44,453 nt of DNA from assembly GCA_037442105.1 (NCBI GenBank), contig JBBIQV010000026.1, positions 1-44,453 of the forward strand, written 5' to 3'. The stretch comes from Nitrospiraceae bacterium. GTDB lineage: Bacteria > Nitrospirota > Nitrospiria > Nitrospirales > Nitrospiraceae. The notes beneath the pieces are model-generated. The model was not told the DNA's origin. It did not search any database and was given only the letters and a program-made list of their open reading frames with translations. A program made the position numbers and the translations under genes. How positions within the stretch are numbered: the first letter of the stretch is position 1; every line of letters starts with the position of its first letter. Positions 38,733-44,453 of this stretch are shown one piece after another.

Positions 38733-38839
38733 CGGGCCACCACCCTCAGCACCACAATCACCCTACCCACCCTCCTAATCATCCTGAAGATACGGTGTGG
38801 TTTATTGCGGCGCCTTCGTACGCGCGGTATAGTTTTACC

Positions 38840-40105
38840 ATGAAGCGATCCCCTGTGTTCGGCGCATACCTGACGTTATTCCTCTTCATAGCAGGCCCGA
38901 TAGTCCACGCGTCCAACACGAAGGTAATCTTCTCCGACGCCTCCTACACCATGGCCGATGGCGATACCCTGGGCGCAGCCGAAGAGAAGGTGCTGCTGCA
39001 CGCAAAGCGCAAAGCGGTCGAAGAAGCAGGCATCTATCTTGAGGCCTCCTCGTTGGATTCTGAGAAACAGGTGAACGGGAAAACGTCGAGGACAAACTCC
39101 CAGGAGATTCGCACCGTTGCGGCCGCAGTCACTGAAACTGAAATCATCGAGAAACAGCGATCGTTCGAGGGCGACCGGCCGGTATTCTCCATCAAGATCC
39201 GAGCGGTGGTGAATCTGGATAAGCTGGAGGAAGCCATTCGACGCTTCCATTCAGACGAACAACTCGCTCATCACTATCGCCAGCTACAGAAAGAAAACGC
39301 CGAGCTGCGCTCCATACTGAGCGAGCTCACTGCCAGGCCCCCCGGCGTCCGGACCGTCGTCATCGATCCGGCACCGCACTCAGAGGCTCGTGAACACGTC
39401 AAGGCACTTGTCCGCGCCGCCATGCATACCCGAAATCTGACTGAAAAGATCGACCTCGCATCACAAGCGCTGGCCGCCGACGATCAAGCCATCGATGCCT
39501 ACATCGTCCGGGGTCAGGCTTATTTGCGTATCGTCTCCGCGTCCTTCTCTCAGAAGTCACCCGCTGAAGAATTCTCACGCTATCTGGAGAACGCCCGTAC
39601 CGACTTCGATCACGCCCTCTCGCTCGATCCTCTCAATACGTGGGCTCTCCTTGGGAGGGCAGACACCGACACCTGGTACAAGCGCACCGACCAGGCTGCT
39701 GCCGATTATGAACAGGTCCTGAGAATCGATCCCTTGTTCGATGTTGCCCGGCAGCGGTTGATCACCCTCTACACCACGCTCGCACGGCAACAAGCGGCCG
39801 GCAAACACTGGCACCAAGCTCTGGGAACCATCGAAAAACTGCTCAACGCCCAGACATCCGACAGTTGGCTTCCCTATCAAAAGGAGGCATACCTGCTCCG
39901 CAGTGAAATCTACACCAGACTACACCAGACTCAACGCGCAATCGACGACCTGACCATTGTGGTGCAGATGGATGCGACCAATGCCCATGCCTTCCTCCAT
40001 CGCGCAAAGCTCTATAAGAAGCTTCTGCAGGGCCGGTTGGCCAAGGATGACTTCGAACGCGCGTGCGTTCTTGGTGCGACGTCGGCCTGTGAGGAACTAC
40101 CTTAG
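38840..40105 (+). CDS. Exported tetratricopeptide-repeat protein
   Basis: Signal peptide (..IVHA|S), N-terminal AKRKAVEEAG domain, coiled coil, several TPRs (AYIVRGQAY, ALLGRAD, AYLLRSEIY, AFLHRAKLY) and terminal ACVLG...AC. Confidence 0.8.
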   Translation: MKRSPVFGAYLTLFLFIAGPIVHASNTKVIFSDASYTMADGDTLGAAEEKVLLHAKRKAVEEAGIYLEASSLDSEKQVNGKTSRTNSQEIRTVAAAVTETEIIEKQRSFEGDRPVFSIKIRAVVNLDKLEEAIRRFHSDEQLAHHYRQLQKENAELRSILSELTARPPGVRTVVIDPAPHSEAREHVKALVRAAMHTRNLTEKIDLASQALAADDQAIDAYIVRGQAYLRIVSASFSQKSPAEEFSRYLENARTDFDHALSLDPLNTWALLGRADTDTWYKRTDQAAADYEQVLRIDPLFDVARQRLITLYTTLARQQAAGKHWHQALGTIEKLLNAQTSDSWLPYQKEAYLLRSEIYTRLHQTQRAIDDLTIVVQMDATNAHAFLHRAKLYKKLLQGRLAKDDFERACVLGATSACEELP

Positions 40106-40156
40106 TGCGAACCGATCGAACCCAAAGAAGAGGCCCGAGCTTACTCCTGCCGCTCG

Positions 40157-40186
40157 TTGACAGCAAAAAAGAGCGCCACCTATAAT
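40157..40186 (+). promoter_or_regulatory. Strong sigma-70 promoter of the oxidoreductase operon
   Basis: TTGACA-N18-TATAAT with both hexamers at consensus. Confidence 0.8.
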
Positions 40187-40403
40187 TAGTCGAATTAGCC
40201 TTGAGCTCCGTTTACAGAAGGCTCGGCATCTTAGTTCAAAAGGCCTAGCGTCCAGTGGGCGAGTAGCCCAAAATTTCGTACCCGTGGGCCTTCTGCCGGG
40301 TTGCAGAACGCATTGAAAAAGCATAGAGTGTCCGCAGGCTTGGCTTGTCAGTTGTCAAACGTCGGACTGTCGGAATAACCCCTTACGCGGAGTGCAATTC
40401 GTA

Positions 40404-41039
40404 ATGAGCCAATATCGCGTCCTCCCAGGTCCTGAGCATTTCCTCCCTCCGGCTGCAGCCACCATGGGAATCCGGCTGCCCAACCCGGGTGAAGCGCACA
40501 TTAACGGCGTCATCGTTCCGGAAGAGCAGGCCTACGAGGAGGCGGCACGACAATTCCTGATGGCCAGAGTACCGACAATCTTCCCCGGTCCGCTCGTGTT
40601 GTGGGCCTGGAACGAGAAAGCGGCCAAGAAAGCCACGGCCATCCGCCACCTCTACGAAACCATCAAGGAATGCGTCCAGCCCGGGCAAAAGCCGATGCTG
40701 ATTCCCATGCCGGACTACAGGCCTAAATATCCCAAGATCAATCCCGAAATTGAGATCAACCCCAATCACCCAAACCTCACGATCTGGCACAACAAGATCG
40801 ACTGCTGCATGTTCGTGGGAGTCCATTGCCACCAAGCCAATCTCTCGCTGAAAATCATCAGGGGTGGAACATCCTGCTACACAATCGCGATGTGCGCCCA
40901 GGCCGGCCACGAGGATGCCATGCTGTCCTTCCGCGATGCGTCCGTCGAAAAGATCATGCGTCTGGCTGAGTGGGTACGCAAGTTAAAGGGCACTGTCCAA
41001 CCACGGCTGATATCAGCCAAAAGCACCGCCTCAAACTGA
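40404..41039 (+). CDS. porD: Five-subunit 2-oxoacid:ferredoxin oxidoreductase, delta subunit (CO dehydrogenase beta-like fold)
   Basis: First gene of a delta-alpha-beta-gamma-epsilon cluster of the Aquificae/Nitrospira type; MPDYRPKYPKINPE and VGVHCHQAN. Pyruvate versus 2-oxoglutarate specificity cannot be resolved by eye. Confidence 0.7.
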   Translation: MSQYRVLPGPEHFLPPAAATMGIRLPNPGEAHINGVIVPEEQAYEEAARQFLMARVPTIFPGPLVLWAWNEKAAKKATAIRHLYETIKECVQPGQKPMLIPMPDYRPKYPKINPEIEINPNHPNLTIWHNKIDCCMFVGVHCHQANLSLKIIRGGTSCYTIAMCAQAGHEDAMLSFRDASVEKIMRLAEWVRKLKGTVQPRLISAKSTASN

Positions 41040-41077
41040 CCGTTTGAGCGCGCCGCGGAGTGAAAGGAGGCTGGTCC

Positions 41078-42289
41078 ATGGCGGATACACACTCGGTCAT
41101 CGGGACCAAGAATAAAAAAGGGCAAACCATCACGGATGCCTGGAAGCTGTTGAACGAGGCACCCCGTACTCCCTCGTTCTACACAGGCAGCGAGGTAATC
41201 AAGGAAGCGATTCGGCGCGCCAACGTGGATGTCATGATCGCCTATCCGATTACTCCACAGAGCGAGGCCGCAGCACTGATTGGCGAGCTATTCGCAGAAG
41301 GCTATGTCAAGGAGTACTTCCGGGGCGAAAGCGAATTTGCAGTAATGTCTCAATGCGCCGGCGCGGCCTTTGGCGGCGCCCGGGTCTTTACCACCACGGC
41401 GGGCCCTGGCACGATGCGTGCGATGGAGAACTTCCCGATGTGGGCTGGGGCCCGGTTGCCGATCCAGATGATCGTGACTTGCCGCGGAATCAACTCTCCA
41501 CTCTCCATCCAACCTGACACACTCGAGATCTCATACCTGCTCAATACCGGCATGCTCGTTTGGCACGCCGAGACAGCGCAAGACTTCTACGACTGGATTC
41601 TTAAGGGTTACATGGTGTCAGAGGAGCCGGACGTGCATCTCCCGTTGGCCCTCTGTTGCGATGGTTTTTTCGTCACCCATACGAAGGACGTTGTGCAACT
41701 AACCCCGGCCGATATGTGTCTGCCGCCCTACGACCCCTATCGGTCGCCCGTGCCCTGCATGGACATGGAATGCCCGCCCGTCCGGATGATGCGCGACCCG
41801 TTCGTCATGAAGAGCAACTACATCAGCTACGCCACCCACGCGAGCTGGCAACAGGAAGTGTGGGCGGCCGTCGAACGGTCGCGCAAACACACGATCATGT
41901 GGCTGGACGGCTTAATCGACACCGAGAACACGGATGCCGACATCATGATTGTGGCGTCCGGCACAGCGGTCTCTCAAGGCCGCGAGGCCATCCGGCTTCT
42001 GGAGGAGGAAGGCGTGCGATGCGGGTTGGTCAAGGTCAAGACCCTGCGCCCCTGGCCCGGTGAGGAAATTCGTGAGGCAACCAAAAACGCGAGATACATC
42101 TTCGTGCCGGAATTTAACGTCACGGGCTGGCTTGCAAAGGAAATCAAGGCGAGCATTCCTAACAGCGGCCGTGTCATCGCCGGACCGCATGTCTGCGGCG
42201 GAATGACGATGCCGCCCGAGATCATTGTCTCCGAGATCAAGCAGACCTTGGGAATGCGCACGGAGTCGCTGGCCGGGCGGGGAAGCTGA
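41078..42289 (+). CDS. porA: 2-oxoacid:ferredoxin oxidoreductase alpha subunit (probably pyruvate synthase)
   Basis: AYPITPQSE, ESEF, TTTAGPG and DGFFVTH motifs. AGGAGG RBS before ATG 41078. Confidence 0.85.
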   Translation: MADTHSVIGTKNKKGQTITDAWKLLNEAPRTPSFYTGSEVIKEAIRRANVDVMIAYPITPQSEAAALIGELFAEGYVKEYFRGESEFAVMSQCAGAAFGGARVFTTTAGPGTMRAMENFPMWAGARLPIQMIVTCRGINSPLSIQPDTLEISYLLNTGMLVWHAETAQDFYDWILKGYMVSEEPDVHLPLALCCDGFFVTHTKDVVQLTPADMCLPPYDPYRSPVPCMDMECPPVRMMRDPFVMKSNYISYATHASWQQEVWAAVERSRKHTIMWLDGLIDTENTDADIMIVASGTAVSQGREAIRLLEEEGVRCGLVKVKTLRPWPGEEIREATKNARYIFVPEFNVTGWLAKEIKASIPNSGRVIAGPHVCGGMTMPPEIIVSEIKQTLGMRTESLAGRGS

Positions 42290-42300
42290 TCACCATAAAA

Positions 42301-42337
42301 GAAAGCTGACGGCTGACAGCTAACGGCTGTCGGCTAC
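42301..42337. repeat. Short heptamer array (GCTGAnn)
   Basis: AAGCTGACGGCTGACAGCTAACGGCT between the alpha and beta subunit genes. Confidence 0.6.
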
Positions 42338-42352
42338 TTTGAGGAGGCGTTC

Positions 42353-43258
42353 ATGAGTAAAGAGCGGATAAAAATTGCACCGGAATTCTTCGATATTATG
42401 CCGCCCGAATATCAAGATCTCGTTCAACGGGCGACATACGGCAAAGAGGACCGGGGCTGGAAGGATATCGGACAAGCTAAGGAACTGATCGAACAACATT
42501 CGCTCTGTGCCGGTTGCCCGGAGTCCATGGCCTTCCGGTACATTCTCGCGTCACTGCCGAATCCTGAGGACACCGTCATGGTCGGCTCCACCGGCTGCAC
42601 CAGCTTGGTATTCCCCATGGTAGCCGTCCACAACATTCACTCTCTGTTCGGCAACCAGAACGCCATCGCGTCCGGCCTGAAGCGAGCCCTCACCGTGCGG
42701 TTCCCGGGCAAGATCAAGGATGTGGTCGTGCTGGCAGGCGACGGAGCGACCGTAGACATCGGACTCGATATGACGTTGCAGGCCTGGTTCCGCCAGGAGA
42801 AGTTCACCACCATCTGCTTCGACAACGAACTCTATGCCAATACCGGCGGCCAGGAGAGCGGTTTGATGCAGAAAGGATTCGTCGCCAAGATGGCGCCGGT
42901 CGGAAAGCAATTCGAGAAAGTCCGGCTGCCGGAGATCGCCCGGGAGTCCGGCTGTCACTACGTCGTCCAGTGCACCGTCAGCAAGCCGTCGGTAATCGAG
43001 AAGGTGATCCGGAACGCCGTGCACGTCGCGCGGGAAATCGGGCCGACTTACCTCCAGTTCTATACGCCGTGCATCCTGGAAATCGGCAAGAACAGCATGG
43101 AGGGGCTGCAGGAAATGCGCGACTCGGAAAAACCGACGGAACGATTTTCGTACAAGGAATACGTCAGCGAACCGGCGAAACAGTTCCTCGCCGAAATCGC
43201 GGCGAAGGAGAAAGAAAAGAAAGCCACCGCCAAGCAATTGGCCGCGCAGGAAGCCTAA
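42353..43258 (+). CDS. porB: 2-oxoacid:ferredoxin oxidoreductase beta (TPP-binding) subunit
   Basis: LCAGC, STGC, AGDG...DNELYANTGGQ TPP motif and TPC. Confidence 0.87.
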   Translation: MSKERIKIAPEFFDIMPPEYQDLVQRATYGKEDRGWKDIGQAKELIEQHSLCAGCPESMAFRYILASLPNPEDTVMVGSTGCTSLVFPMVAVHNIHSLFGNQNAIASGLKRALTVRFPGKIKDVVVLAGDGATVDIGLDMTLQAWFRQEKFTTICFDNELYANTGGQESGLMQKGFVAKMAPVGKQFEKVRLPEIARESGCHYVVQCTVSKPSVIEKVIRNAVHVAREIGPTYLQFYTPCILEIGKNSMEGLQEMRDSEKPTERFSYKEYVSEPAKQFLAEIAAKEKEKKATAKQLAAQEA

Positions 43259-43299
43259 CCGACCGCAGCCGGATCTCACACGAGCCGAGAGGAGCCACG

Positions 43300-44004
43300 A
43301 TGATCAAGAAGAGACTGAACATCCGGATGTCCGGGTTGGGAGGGCAGGGAGCGGTGACGGCTGCGCACGTCATGGCCATGGCCGCGTCAAAAGACGGAAA
43401 GTTCGCGATCTCGAACCCGTTTTTCGGCGCAGAGAAGCGGATGGCCCCTGCGGAAAGCTATTGCCGGATCGGCATCGAGCGAATTTACGACCGGGGCGAG
43501 CTGGTGTTTCCGGACGTGATCGAAGTTTTCCATCCTCAAGTCATCACGATGGGAAAAAGTTACACGATGCCGTTCTATTCCGGCATCAAGGAGGGTGGCG
43601 TGGTGATCATCAACTCCGATGTCCCATTGCTCGCAGATGAAGACATCCAACGGCTGAAGGATCTCAATGTTGCCGTATTCTATATTGCAGGTACCCAGAT
43701 CGCACTTGAGATTGCGGGGACCGAGTTGTCTACCAACATGACCATGATCGGATCGGTCACCGGCATCACCAAGTGCGTGTCGATGGAAGCCCTCGACCAG
43801 GCACTTCAGGAACGGTTCGGCAAGAAGTTCGTCGCGTCCGGCGGGACCGCCACACTCGACGAGGCCATCAAGAAAAAGTTCGCCAAGAAAGAAATGCTCC
43901 TTCAGAAAAACCTGGCCACCGTCAAGCGCGCTTACGAAGTCGCATCGGAATGGGCCGAGAAGAACAACGTGGAGCTCAAAGTCGCGGCCATGGCTGCCGC
44001 TTAA
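43300..44004 (+). CDS. porC: 2-oxoacid:ferredoxin oxidoreductase gamma subunit
   Basis: IRMSGLGGQGAVT and FFGAEKRMAP motifs. True start is ATG 43300 after GAGGAG (the ORF track over-extends to 42970). Confidence 0.87.
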   Translation: MIKKRLNIRMSGLGGQGAVTAAHVMAMAASKDGKFAISNPFFGAEKRMAPAESYCRIGIERIYDRGELVFPDVIEVFHPQVITMGKSYTMPFYSGIKEGGVVIINSDVPLLADEDIQRLKDLNVAVFYIAGTQIALEIAGTELSTNMTMIGSVTGITKCVSMEALDQALQERFGKKFVASGGTATLDEAIKKKFAKKEMLLQKNLATVKRAYEVASEWAEKNNVELKVAAMAAA

Positions 44005-44025
44005 CGTACAAGGACACACGCACGC

Positions 44026-44304
44026 ATGTATAACGTTGCGCAAGTCATCGAAGAGAAGTGTGTAGCGAAGAAAGGCTGCCGCCTCTGTATCATGTATTGC
44101 CCGGAGGCGAATTGCCTGGACCTGAACGTCACGAAAATGGTCGCGGAGGTGAACATCAACCGCTGCAAAGGTTGCGAACTCTGCGTGGTCGTCTGCAACG
44201 CCGCCAAGCATCAGGCAATCGTCATGCAGGCGGTGAGCGCGGACGGCACTCTAATGACGCATAAAGGAGAAGCAGCCTCGTTGGGGCAAGCCTATCAAGG
44301 CTAA
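44026..44304 (+). CDS. porE: 2-oxoacid:ferredoxin oxidoreductase epsilon (ferredoxin-like) subunit
   Basis: C-x5-CRLCIMYCP and CKGCELCVVVC Fe-S motifs; last gene of the cluster. Confidence 0.82.
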   Translation: MYNVAQVIEEKCVAKKGCRLCIMYCPEANCLDLNVTKMVAEVNINRCKGCELCVVVCNAAKHQAIVMQAVSADGTLMTHKGEAASLGQAYQG

Positions 44305-44325
44305 CACTGACCGCTCGGAACACCA

Positions 44326-44360
44326 AGACCCCCATAGCGGTTCCGCTATGGGGGTTTTTC
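44326..44360 (+). terminator. Intrinsic terminator of the oxidoreductase operon
   Basis: ACCCCCATAGCGG/CCGCTATGGGGGT perfect stem followed by TTTT. Confidence 0.9.
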
Positions 44361-44453
44361 GTTGGGGCTATGAGTAAAGGAGATTCTATGAATAGGGCCC
44401 CCTTTCAATTGGTTGACAGTCGAGGTCCGATGGGCCGACTGTCAGCGGTGAGC

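Noticed and set aside
42970..43299. 110-codon N-terminal extension of the gamma subunit in the ORF track
   Set aside because: It overlaps the beta subunit gene; the real start is ATG 43300 with a GAGGAG RBS.
44414..44444. TGACAGTCG/CGACTGTCA inverted repeat at the right edge
   Set aside because: Real, but its context is cut off by the window end, so no function can be supported.

Overview
Chromosomal window from a chemolithoautotroph, almost certainly Nitrospira or a close Nitrospirota relative (inferred from gene content). Core content: (i) a reductive-TCA operon on the minus strand, aclB-aclA-aconitase-icd-frdB-frdA-sucC-sucD (3558-16273); (ii) housekeeping genes rho-rpmE-prfA-prmC-murA-hisG-hisD-hisB and mutM; (iii) a five-subunit 2-oxoacid:ferredoxin oxidoreductase operon (delta-alpha-beta-gamma-epsilon, 40404-44304). 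There are two accessory regions. At the left edge is a NotI-family endonuclease / Dam-like methyltransferase pair whose nuclease appears to be broken by an IS4-like insertion (1-1601). Between aclB and mutM is an ~11 kb co-oriented cassette (16599-27429): atypical sigma-54 activator, candidate enhancer palindromes, a -24/-12 promoter, small wHTH-like gene, astacin-like metalloprotease, papain-like protease, small OM beta-signal protein, secreted patatin with an extra C-terminal domain, SH3+ComEC-type MBL hydrolase, PG-binding amidase, 2-TM protein and a secreted beta-sandwich protein. This sigma-54-controlled multi-hydrolase cassette is the best candidate for an undescribed system. Spacers of core operons carry inverted heptamer arrays and a ~120-nt stem-loop element. 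All calls come from motif recognition by eye; no database searches were run.
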